Source of the DNA: Trichoplax sp. H2
Lineage: Eukaryota
Length of the DNA: 34,110 bases
Reading direction: 5' to 3'
NCBI GenBank assembly: GCA_003344405.1
Contig: NOWV01000181.1
Location: 1-34,110, forward strand
Part shown: positions 1-11,489 of the stretch, in pieces
How positions within the stretch are numbered: the first letter of the stretch is position 1
How the letters are laid out: the number at the start of each line of letters is the position of its first letter
Position numbers and translations under genes: made by a program
Notes under the pieces: generated by a model
What the model saw: only the letters and a program-made list of their open reading frames with translations
What the model was told of the DNA's origin: nothing
Database searches by the model: none

Positions 1-741
1 ACTCGGATTTAGTACTCCTATGTAAAGTGAAATTGAGCGAAAGCCATTCTTAGATATGGATTCATATACGCGTTCTTTACCATCATTTCCTGTAATACTG
101 GCTACTTCGATACTATTAATTTCTTTCCAATTTGGAAGCATATCCAAATCATTTTTGGTGATTTTGTGCACGATGATAGCTGCAGCATGTGTGTAGCCTT
201 TTCTTTCTGCTAATACTAACGCAAATTCTGGCAGTATGTAACCGACACCTTTGCCTGATGCACTCTTTAGTACAGATACTTCATCAAGATAAACTATTCG
301 ATCGATGCCACCATATTGATGCCATGGTGTTGTTTTAAATAGTTCTACAAGAGCATTAAGAAGTGGGACAAGTTTACTACCACAGCGGTCATACGATTCC
401 TGTCCATGGGTAACATTTATTGCTGTGGATAATGAATAAGCTACATGAACACCTATCATTTGGCCTTGTCTATTACGAGCTATGCATCCAATTCTACTCT
501 CAACACTTTCTTGACAGGAAAAAGTAGAATCTTCAAGATATTCATCAGCAGACATACTTATACTTCTATAAAATGGATTGCTAGCCATACATTGTGCACT
601 AATTCGACTTGCTTCAGCGATATCGCTCTTTTCCATTATATGATAGGAAATTTTATTCTTGCAGTCGTATAAATAGTTCTCATTTCCGGATCTAAATTGC
701 CGTAGAAGCTGATCATACCATGCTAAATCTTTTCTAAACAT
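1..741 (-). CDS. GNAT-family (AANAT-like) N-acetyltransferase, paralog 1; 3' end runs off the window
   Basis: Manual translation from ATG at 741-739 gives 247 open codons: MFRKDLAWYDQLL...RIVYLDEVSVLKSASGKGVGYILPEFALVLAERKGYTH...LYIGVLNPS. It aligns without gaps to the 4598..5347 protein (about 145/247 identical). Motif A-like acetyl-CoA loop V-x3-A-S-G-x-G-V-G is present. It is absent from the ORF track because the stop lies outside the window. Confidence 0.85.
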   Translation of the reverse strand, partial: MFRKDLAWYDQLLRQFRSGNENYLYDCKNKISYHIMEKSDIAEASRISAQCMASNPFYRSISMSADEYLEDSTFSCQESVESRIGCIARNRQGQMIGVHVAYSLSTAINVTHGQESYDRCGSKLVPLLNALVELFKTTPWHQYGGIDRIVYLDEVSVLKSASGKGVGYILPEFALVLAERKGYTHAAAIIVHKITKNDLDMLPNWKEINSIEVASITGNDGKERVYESISKNGFRSISLYIGVLNPS

Positions 742-746
742 TTCGG

Positions 747-1315
747 CTGGTAATTAATTAAAGAATAAAAATTGGAGTTATTTTCACGAACGGCTATGAT
801 ACACATAATACTAGATCGTTTATGGTGGCATAAACTCTCTTCTAGTGGTGCTAACGAATTGTTACACTAATTTTAGTTAACGATAAAAGAATCTATTTTT
901 CGATTCAATAGATTTGTGTTAAATCTCTGAATGACTGCTAGCATTATTTCAGTTGAGTAATCAAACTTTCCGGCATAAGTTACTATCATAGTATAGTATT
1001 ACCTTGAATTTGGTTTCCTATTTAGTTTTGCGTTGATTCTATTAATATAGATGACGAAATTGGTCATTAATTTTACAAGATTGAGGATAATTTACAGTCT
1101 TACTTGTTAAGAATAGATTAATGCCTAATTTATCGCCTTAATCTAACAGCTATCTATGTAGAAGGTCCTATAGGATATGCTACAATCTTGAACTAGTTAT
1201 CTTATTGAATAATACCTTAAATCTATTAAGACGAAGGCAAGATCTAGAATTGATTTAATGGTTGACTTGATAGGACTAGTGAACTTTGTTGCATTTAATG
1301 AATACCTTGTCTTAC
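747..1315 (-). other. Predicted 5'UTR intron of GNAT paralog 1
   Basis: AG acceptor 5 nt before the ATG (ccag|ccgaaATG) and donor G|GTAAG at 1315. Both sites are positionally mirrored in paralog 2. Confidence 0.5.
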
Positions 1316-2775
1316 CGTTTTAACTAATTCAATTATAAGTATAACATATGATAATATTGAAAACGCCAAAGTCTTGAATTAGTCTATTCTGTTTAACTTT
1401 ACTTTGATTATATCAGAAGAACAACGTAATTCGTCACCAATCTTTATGATCGACAACTGAATAATCTTCTTGGCCTTCAAAGCTTGTATTAAAAAGTCTG
1501 TACTTATCGTACAATACAAGTATACCAGAATTTCGAATTCTGGTAAAAGGTACTGAGTTCTGCTAGGCAACCAAGGTGCAGTTCACCGCTACTTCTTGCT
1601 ATTTATGTATACTCTTCAATGTCGCCAGCTTTTATCCTTAGACTTGTTTTTATACTTAACGGTGATAAATAGAGCCATCATTGTTCTCAAGGCGTTGTTT
1701 ATGATGTAGAGCGTCTAAGATACGTGATCATTAAACATTCTTGTCTATAACAATATAGCAATTTCTAGTTCTGTACTGATTTTATTTATGCATGTATGCT
1801 TTTGAATAATGCAGCTTATTATCTATAGTATCCAGAATAAAATTATCGCATTACGTTTCAATTAAAATTAGCATAATTTCTATATAGTTTAATTCAATGC
1901 TATTAAGCTAAGTAAGTAGATACTTTTAATCAGCAATGCTTTTTCGCTTATTTTATTTAATAATTTTGCGAATTGCTTACGATGTAGTAATTATTCCATT
2001 CTTATACCATTAAAGTGGTAGTTAATAAATGAAGAGTCGTATGTATTGTTGGTTGTAGCTCAGAATTCGTGTTACCATTGTTTAAGATTTAGTTACTGAT
2101 AAAATTTGAACACCTAGATATTATAGAGTGTGAACTTTAATAATTGGTGGCAAGTACATTAAAGTAAATTATTATTTACTGATTAAGTTTTGATTTTTAT
2201 GTGGTCGTAAAGGTCACGGTTTATCATGTTAAAATGAAAATGATTAGGATGATAATTGCTAAATATTAAGACTAGAGGTCGAATTTGTAATGGCTTTCCT
2301 TTTGGTGTGGTCGGCAAATTTTACTATTTGAATATTAGTGTACCTTGCTAGATCGGATTATTCAGATTATCAGCCTCAAATTATTAACGTTTTAAATTAG
2401 ATTCTAAATGATTTCCAGACTAACAGTTTATGAGTATCTGAAATTATTATTGTTTGATGGTGTATTAAAAATTAAAATTAAAATTAAAATTAAAATATTA
2501 AAATTATTATTATGTATTAAAATTAGCTCATGCATTATCTACTTGTCATCTTTTAAAATTAGATTTGATTCCTGAATTACAATTTATTAGCGTTTTGAAT
2601 TTATTAAATCTTTGTATCTTAAACGTAGTTTTAAAGAAGGTCTAGAAGGCGTTCTTGATGACTTTTACTGACCATCATTGAAATATTATACGACAGTTCC
2701 CGCATATCAATCAAGTGTAAAAGAAAGCTCAGGACATAAATTTGAGTAATTCTATCCAGAATTTTTGTGTGTCCT

Positions 2776-3157
2776 TGTCACACACCACTAGTGACAAAGT
2801 AGTCTACACACGCCAATCCTTGCGTAGAACGCCACTTACTAACTTAAAGAGGCGAGATTAGCTATATCACCAAATAATTCAGTTCCAACGACGTTTACTA
2901 TGGTATAATTATAGCGTCACAGATGATGTAGACGAGATAGTCAGAGATTTACTATCATTTATTACTGAAGGAATCTTGGCACCCAAGATTATAGTCTTTA
3001 CAATTAAATATCAATTGAAAAACTAGTTGACTATCTAACCGACTAACGAACTAAAAAGGAATCTTCATTAGGACGAGCTTACGCATCGTAACAACTATCT
3101 AACCGACTAACGAACTAAAACGGAATCTTCATTAGGACGAGCTTACGCATCGTAACA
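2776..3157 (-). mobile_element. Solo LTR-type insertion (382 bp) with 5-bp TSD GTCCT
   Basis: Termini TGTCAC...GTAACA (TG..CA, imperfect inverted ends). GTCCT at 2771-2775 and 3158-3162. The duplicated block near 3973 has the empty site gtcct|tctagc. Internal 64-bp tandem duplication at 3030-3093/3094-3157. Confidence 0.8.
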
Positions 3158-3383
3158 GTCCTTCTAACTATATTCATATAAATTAGCAGAATAAAACAAT
3201 ATATAGATTTATGATGATGTATGTAGGTACTTTATTGGTTGCTATGCCAAAGTATCTCAAAAATATTACAGCAGCCATAATTTCTGGTGAAACTATTTTA
3301 TTGCGTGTGCATAAAAATTGATACGCTTACCAAGTATTTAGAGTTAGTTACAATACACAAGACNNNNNNNNNNNNNNNNNNNN

Positions 3384-3712
3384 CAGGAGTTTCTGACGAG
3401 ACTATAAAAGGCTGGTGCCTGAAGATTCCTTTTTAGTTCGTTAGTCGGTTAGATAGTCAACTAGTTTTTCAATTGATATTTAATTGTAAAGACTATAATC
3501 TTGGGTGCCAAGATTCCTTCAGTAATAAATGATAGTAAATCTCTGACTATCTCGTCTACATCATCTGTGACGCTATAATTATACCATAGTATTCGGTCGT
3601 TGGAACTGAATTATTTGGTGATATAGCTAATCTCGCCTCTTTAAGTTAGTAAGTGGCGTTCTCCGCAAGGATTGGCGTGTGTAGACTACTTTGTCACTAG
3701 TGGTGTGTGACA
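3384..3712 (+). mobile_element. Second copy of the same LTR family, opposite orientation, 5' end lost in the gap
   Basis: 3421-3712 is the reverse complement of about 2776-3066. It ends GTGACA next to ggtgt. TATAAAA near 3403 and AATAAA at 3524. Confidence 0.75.
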
Positions 3713-4597
3713 GGTGTATTAAAATTAGCTCATGCATTATCTACTTGTCATCTTTTAAAATTAGATTTGATTCCTGAATTACCATTTATTAGCGTTTTGA
3801 ATTTATTAAATCTTTGTGTCTTAAACGTAGTTTTAAAGAAGGTCTAGAAGGCGTTGTTGATGACTTTTGCTGACCATCATTGAAATATTATACGACAGTT
3901 CCCGTTTATCAATCAAGTGTAAAATAAAGCTTAGGACATAAATTTGAGTAATTCTATCCAGAATTTTTATGTGTCCTTCTAGCTATATTCATATAAATTA
4001 GCAGAATAAAACAATATATAGATTTATGATGGTGTATGTAGGTACTTTATTGGTTGCTATGCCAAAGTATCTCAAAAATATTACAGCAGCCATAATTTCT
4101 GGTGAAACTATTTTATTACGTGTACATAAAAATTGATACGCTTGCCAAGTATTTAGAGTTAGTTACAATACACAAGACTTTGCTCATGTTTTAACACACT
4201 TTTATTTTGCCCTAAGTTATATGCCATTTTGCAAGTAGAGAGATAATTGGTCATAATTTAAGCCACGCTATACCTACAATATTTAGTGCTGCAGGACTTG
4301 GAAACGTTAATTGAACACAACCAAAATATGAAATTTTTTTACGAAATGGCATTAAAAAATCTCATGGTTAAGAAAAGGAGTTCAATACTTTTACTTTAGC
4401 AATGCTTTCCTTTACAAGTATTAAGTAATAAATAGTTTCCATTGCAAACGCAGGTGTCCTGGAGAATTGTCATAATAATTTTATAGTTTGCGATAATTTA
4501 ATCTTTCTATACAGGATAATATGAGCTCAATATCTTTACATGTACTAATAGTTGTAGTCCTACTTTCTGTTACTCTACTATATAATCAACACTATAA

Positions 4598-5347
4598 TTA
4601 CAATTTACTCGGATTCAATGCTAGCATATATAGCTGAATTGAGCGTATACCTTGCCTGGCTATGGATTCAAATGCTTTTTCTTTACCATCGTTTCCGGCT
4701 ATACTAGCTACATCGATGCTGTTAATAACTTTCCAATTTGGAAGTACATTCGCATCTCCCTCCAAGATCTTTTCGGTAGTGATACCGGTAATATGGGTAT
4801 AACCTTGTCGTTGAGCTAATGCTACGGAAATTTCGGGCAAAATAAATCCAATACCTATACCAGAAGCGCTCTTAAGAACAGCTAAATCATCAATATACGC
4901 TATTCGTTGTGGATCTCCATATTCATGCCATGGTGTTGTTTTAAGTAGTTGCACAAGAGCATTTAGAAATGGAGTAAATTTTTGACCACATCGCTCAAAT
5001 GATTCTTGACCATACGTAACATTAATCGCTGTGAATAAAGAGTAAACCAGATTTATTCCTACCATATTTCCATGACTATCTCGAGCTACACTTGAAATGC
5101 CAGCATCAGCAGCTATTTGACATGTTACAACAATATCTTTAAGATATTCTTCAGCAGACATTCCAATGGCTAGATAGAATGGATTGCGAGCCATACATTG
5201 TGAACCAACTTGGCTTGCTTCAGAAATATCGCTTTTTTGCAATGCATAATAGGTAATTTTATTCTTAGGGTCGTATAAGTAGTCATTGTTGTTATCTATA
5301 AATTGCTTACAAAGTTGTTGATACCAAGCCAAATCTTTTCTAATCAT
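4598..5347 (-). CDS. GNAT-family (AANAT-like) N-acetyltransferase, paralog 2, 249 aa, C-terminal PTS1 (-SKL)
   Basis: Uninterrupted ORF with GNAT motif A region YIDDLAVLKSASGIGIGFILPEISVALAQRQGY and strand VARDSHGNMVG. Ends LNPSKL*. Conserved with paralog 1. Confidence 0.88.
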   Translation of the reverse strand: MIRKDLAWYQQLCKQFIDNNNDYLYDPKNKITYYALQKSDISEASQVGSQCMARNPFYLAIGMSAEEYLKDIVVTCQIAADAGISSVARDSHGNMVGINLVYSLFTAINVTYGQESFERCGQKFTPFLNALVQLLKTTPWHEYGDPQRIAYIDDLAVLKSASGIGIGFILPEISVALAQRQGYTHITGITTEKILEGDANVLPNWKVINSIDVASIAGNDGKEKAFESIARQGIRSIQLYMLALNPSKL

Positions 5348-5352
5348 TATGG

Positions 5353-6524
5353 CTATGGATAAAAATACAACATTAATGATTCATATCTCAAGGATCTTAA
5401 ACGGTCATCAGTCAGTTAAACACACACTATTCAAGTAAGATGGAATTCGGAATAAACTATGATAATAGTGATCTAAACGATGCTAGATATTAATTGTATG
5501 CGAATTAATAAATCTACGTATGCAAGATACAGATTCGAACTAGATCGATTTAATGCACTACAATGCGTAGTTTGGGCTATAGCGGAGCTTCTTAATGTAA
5601 TGGTAATAAAATTGTGAATTTGAATGACTTCCAGTAGGAGTCTTTGTAGCACTAATTTGTTACCGTCTATTATTTGTTGTACTGTAATAAAAAATTCTTC
5701 CATAGCAACTGACACTAATTAATCTTATTAATGCTCTTAAATGATTCTATGACGGTCAATAATGCTGTATTCATTTGGCTATTAAGTAAGACTTAAGTGT
5801 TGGAATTTTAAGATGCTTCGTCAATTTTAGCTATTATCGAAGAGTCAAATGAGTCTGATAGATCGCTGAATAAAATCATTTCTGGAGTACTATGACCTAA
5901 AAGCAGTTACGTTTAAGTTCTAATTAGATCCAGTAGTTAAAGAGCGCTCAATCCCAAAAACTTAAGAAATTTAGAGGTTTGTTTTGACGTACTAGTAAAC
6001 TTGTTGCAAAGCTATTTTGTGCCATCACTATGATAATATAGTGTTGATGACGACTTGGTTATTTCGCTTGATATAATTTTTATTAATTAGTTGAATATTA
6101 GTATTAATACTTTACTTAAGATTCATATTTGATGGTAATAACAGGATAATAAGAAATATAGTTAGCGTTAAAGGTTGATAAATATGTGAATCTTTTGGAG
6201 CTTTAGTAAATTAATTAAGGAGTTTATGTTTCATACTACTTTATTTTTTACCACAATACATCACCAGATGGAATATGGTTGAGCTATGAATTACTAAATT
6301 ATCACATAAATGCGATTATTTAGTCATCCATGTTACAACCTTAAATTTGTTTTTGAATTTCATCTTACTTGAATAGTAAGCAGGATAACAATATGCTATC
6401 ATCGATGGCAGTAATGGCTGATATAACAGTCCAATTAGTCTTTAATTCGATCTATAGTAGTAGCTAGTCTATCCACAAATCCCATAGAATCGGATGTTGA
6501 ATTACAAATACTATTTTATCTTAC
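5353..6524 (-). other. Predicted 5'UTR intron of GNAT paralog 2
   Basis: Pyrimidine tract plus AG 5 nt before the ATG (ttttatccatag|ccataATG) and donor AAG|GTAAG at 6524. Plus-strand donor context aatac...tcttacc is shared with paralog 1. Confidence 0.55.
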
Positions 6525-8551
6525 CTTATTCGTCAACAGAATAACCGGATGCGCAACTGACTTTAATGATCGGTAATTAACCTGTCGTCTTGAATTTAAT
6601 TATATTTGCTACTGAATTAACAACAGCAGTACTCAATTAGGGATTGCTAAAGAAAGGAGGTGGGACATAAAGCGGCTTTTCAGGGACAAAAATAGGAAAA
6701 TCGATTTTTATTGCTGATTCACTTATTATACCTGAAGACTGGAACCGTACCCTATACCGTTGCCAATCAACCTGTTGGTTACTTTGAGAGCGCCCTTGTT
6801 AACAGCATAATGTGCAGTTACTGACGTGTTTGCCATTTAAAATGACCAGAAAAATCAACGATGTCATTTTCATGGAGGAAAAGTTATTTCCTGTCCTTTT
6901 TTGTTTCCTTCAGCAGTCTCAGATACAAATAATTGTCAGCTTACGAAAACACTGCTAAATTTTTCGGTCTATTATCATCAGGTTAATTTTATCGTCATAG
7001 ATGAGAAAGCATACTCTCTTATGTAGTCAACATTGACCTTTAGACTTGCAATCTCATTAACTAAGATTGACAGCAATGCTGTTATTATCAATCATCCATA
7101 CCCTTTATAAACCAATCATCCCAGTCAGCAAAGTATCAGGAATATAGTTTTATATTAGTCTTATGTATTGTAGATTTGATGATGGCGTAGCAAGATTAAT
7201 TAATTATTGTATGTAAATAAACCCTATTCTACTAGAGGTTCAAAATTTGCATAATTCCGTTATTGTTTTGTTTAATGCTTTTATGCTTATCACGTCGCCG
7301 CTATTCTATTTGGTTTATGATGTCGAATTACCGATCTTCTCGAGCTCATGAACCTAATCCAAATCATGGTAATAATTCATTTGTATTTTCGATTCGAAAC
7401 GATAGCAAACTAAGTCCGTACAAACTTGTGTAATGAAATGAAATATGTAGAAATCAAGCTACAAAACTTCTAATAAACTTTGATTCTACTTTCTTTACAC
7501 TCTGGTCGACTTAACGAAACTTTGATAGCAAATAAAATTGGGGAAACAACCGATCAGCAATTTATTAAGAAAATGTGAGAGAGATCAATCAAATAACCAT
7601 CCAAAAATTTAATTTTAAGTATTGTAAGTGTAGAAATGAAAAAACGGCAGAAATAAATCTGTTAACAAGCAAACAACTTAATAAAAAAAAAGAACGTTTT
7701 AACTTACAACAGTTCGACCTCGAAGGCCTTTAAATTTCAACAATTTCTTTAAAACAATCTTTCTTTTTACTTTTTACTCTAAAATTTCTGATTGCTCTAT
7801 CATTTATAGGCTTTGCAGAGCCCTCAATGGTATTTAAAACTAAACATTTAATAACTAATCACTTTTAAGGTCGATTTTAGAGAACTATTTTGCTCCACTT
7901 AAGAAAACAAAAATTATTCACAGTTCACACACAATTGACCTATGATTCCCTTACAAAACACTATAAACCAACAAACTAACTATAAAATACATCAAGTTTC
8001 ACTTCTAACATAATTCTTTATCATTAATACAATATAAAAGTCAAAAAATTAACCTTTAAACATCAATACTTAGTCATAAAAATAAGAGTCTAACTACTTA
8101 ACAATCAGCACAACCTCTGCCCTTAGCCATCTTCTATTCTATTGTCTCAATTAAACTTTCCTAATGTAACTTTCATGTCACGTCATAAAATTCCAAAGTT
8201 TTAAATTCACGACAAATAGTTTAAATTTCAAAAATTAACTCTTGCAACATTTTCTATAAATTAAAATCCAAACATTATATCGAACACAGGTCAGACAGTA
8301 TACTCAGGTACAGTCGTAATGGATATATTAATTTTCCTGAAATAATATTTACCTTGATAGTATTAACATGTTGAAGAGATTCTTAGTTGGATTTTGTTAG
8401 TTAATTAATTTTCTAATATCCTATAGATCTTAAATAGATTTGTGCTTATGTTCACATCGTGCCCTACTCTATTTGATAGTTAAACATATAATTAATATGT
8501 TGTGTAGAATTGCAATAGGTTATTGTTATGAAATCATGTTGTGTATACAGT

Positions 8552-8818
8552 TTTACCATGCTTGTACCGATAAGATGATGCGATTTCTAATTTACTTTGT
8601 TAATTGATTGATAAATGATTCCATGGATCGTTAAAAAAATTTACTGATGACTTGACACTATGTCTTGTTATCCCAAATATCTTACCGTGCTTGTTCTGAT
8701 TACGTGATGTGATTTAAATAATTGTCTTCACTTTACTAATTAATTAACAAATGATTCTATGGATGGTCAATAAATTAACTCAGGAGTTTACATCGTGTCT
8801 TACTATACCTAATAATCT
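8552..8818. repeat. Degenerate tandem duplication, about 130 bp x 2
   Basis: ttaccatgcttgt...aaatgattccatggat...tgtcttgtta vs ttaccgtgcttgt...aaatgattctatggat...tgtcttacta. Confidence 0.7.
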
Positions 8819-11489
8819 ATATATATACCGGTAAAGTTGTGATAAATGTATTCATTTCCAAGCATAGTTCTGCCTTGATTTTACTAGTAACATAATACTA
8901 CCATCAATTGCTAAATTACTTTATAGATTGATAATTTTTTAGGTAACGTTATTCTCCCTGACTAACTAAACTGAATCCTTCGATAGATACAAATACCATA
9001 ATATCTGCTTGAATTGGCTATTTTACTTCAATTTTTCAATAATAGTATTAAAAAAGATGACAAGGTGGAAGATCAACTCTGATAACTGATTAGCCAATTT
9101 GATGAATCTTTATTGTTTAAGCTAATTAGTCAACAACTTTCACTGTTAATATTTCAATATCTTGTAAATTTTAACTTTTTACTCTTGGTCAAGTATTTTC
9201 ATATTCCATAACACAGATTTCAGCATTACCTCCCAAACTTATATTTTCATAAAACGACAATAAAATAGCAACGCTGTTATAATACATGTCTCGTTGCTTA
9301 TGCTTATAGTCATAGCTTTAAAATTAAATCATTGTCATCTTTACTCATGCAAAATGTTCTACATTGTTTTATTTCTGGCTATACCAATATTAGAATATAA
9401 TATAGCCGGCAAATGACTTAATGATGGGTGAAATATTTATCTTGAGGATATTATCCTCATTTGTTTTAGTTGAATTAAACAGATAAAAGCTCAGCACGCC
9501 TTGAATCTTGCTTAAATTACGATTATGCCATTATTAAATTAATTAAAAATAGTCAGATCGATGGAATAATTGTTTCAAAATAAATAGATGATGTCATTTA
9601 GGTATAACTGCCATGATGTTATGCTTTAGATGTCTCTCTATGTGATATGATATGAAACTGTTTGTAATCGGGTGACCATTCCTTTTGAAATCCTTTTAAA
9701 GTAGAAGAATTTAAAGTAGACTCCTTTAGACAGATTATTGCTGTGGATTCGTTATTATTTCTTCTTAATATCGTAAACAGTAATTACCTTATGTATCGGG
9801 TACCTTAATCATATCCTACACACCGTTGTTCGAACTTGCTTTAATAACCCTTGCAATTTACTATACCGTTACTACTTGTTTATTTACTTGCAGTCTTGTA
9901 ATTTTGAATAATCTTGTCGTAATGTTAATGTCTTTGATATTCGATGCATTTGTTGAAAACGATTCATTTTTTCTTACATAAGCGTAAATGTAACTTATAA
10001 GGCTAATCGATTCTGGATGTAATTCTTGATGCTAGTCTGTTTGATCAAATACAGTGCTAATAAATTGCTATTATAAAAAGCATAGGCAGGGATTAATAAA
10101 TCGGTTTTTAGCCTTTAAAAGACCCATATGAACTCGCTAATACATAAAGCATTGGTAGAAATTAATAGAAATAAGCAACTAATGAACAGATTTATATGAT
10201 ACAAATCAAGTAAATATGTCAGGTATGGAAGTGTAGCGGGATGATTAGAGGAAGCTGTAGAGAATTTTGCTTATAAATAGGAGCAATCATAGCCACATGT
10301 TGATTCTTTTGAAATAGTAGAATAAAGTGATATACGTGGGATAGTCATATTCTAAGATAGTTTTTAATTTCAGCTTATTATAGAATCGTCATAATTGAAG
10401 TTGTAGATTACTGCAGAATCTAATATGTTTGCTGGAACTAGTGCATATTTTAAAAAACTCTAAGCATTTTGGATTATAATTGTGGCGTTAAATCAGTTAT
10501 GACTATCGAGAAGAATTGTAATATGATTAGTATAAAGACAAATGCAGATTGTAAGCTTTAGATTAGTGAGAGACTAATGCAGATTGTAAGATGGTCATAG
10601 CCATAGATTCCGTGGCATTAACCCAGCTATGCTTATGGAAATGAACTATCCTATGATTAGCATTTCGCCAATAGATGTGAATCCAGTTGGACATGCATAC
10701 TAGCATATGATAGAATTTAGATTTGCTTATTTTATTGGGTTGCTACAATGAGCTTAATGATCATGCGTCCATGTATAGCATTTGACTATAGCCAAAGTAT
10801 GAAATCGGCTCATAGCAACTACGATATTTGAACGTCATAAATGAGAAGGACTTGCTTATAGGATGATTATGCTCCATAAGCTTGCCAATATCCAATAAAT
10901 TAGCGTCCATCTCTTGCTATACCTTGAATATAATTCAATTACATTGACTAGGTCAAGGACTATTTACGATACCCATCTAGAGCAATATCTTAAGCTAAAT
11001 CTTGAATATTTTTATTCTTCAGCAGCGGATATAATCTCAACTTACATCAATGTAATCGAATTTTATCACCGATAGGATGATGCAGAAACTACATCTACTA
11101 AACTCAAATATGTACAGTTTAATCGTAATATTGTCGATCAGGGAATGATGGCACCGACATATTTTCCAATGAGCTGCATTCGCACATCAAGCCATACGTA
11201 TAATCTACGCCAGCTAGCTAACTGATTGTGGCTCTAGAGGTTCTCTATCGAATACCAATAAATTTTCAATGCATCTCTAGTGATGCTCTATGAAAGTGGA
11301 TAGCCTGATGATGACCCTCTATCTACGGGTCCGGTCTATAGATTCTCCGTGTATTCTCTAACGATTCTCTATCGATCGATTAGCTGTAGAGGCTACTTAC
11401 GATTTCTGACGATCCTCTATCTATCTGGAATATAGGTATACGCATAGATCCTCTATGTTTTGGACTATATAGTTTTAATCCATTGATCC

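Larger units (their letters stand above)
2459..4177. repeat. Near-identical duplicated block across gap 3364-3383 (probable allelic haplotypes)
   Basis: 2513-2775 plus 3163-3363 matches about 3715-4177, with scattered substitutions. Confidence 0.85.

Noticed and set aside
445-672. Plus-strand 75-aa ORF
   Set aside because: Antisense shadow of GNAT paralog 1.
1379-5715. Short ORFs 1379-1570 and 5473-5715
   Set aside because: Non-ATG starts, no recognisable motifs, and located in predicted UTR or intron sequence.
6638-6922. Possible degenerate MITE (agggattgctaaagaaa ... tttccttcagcagtctca)
   Set aside because: The inverted match is too weak and no TSD was found.
10541-10590. 15-bp direct repeat AATGCAGATTGTAAG
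   Set aside because: A small local duplication with only 20 bp between copies; no element structure.
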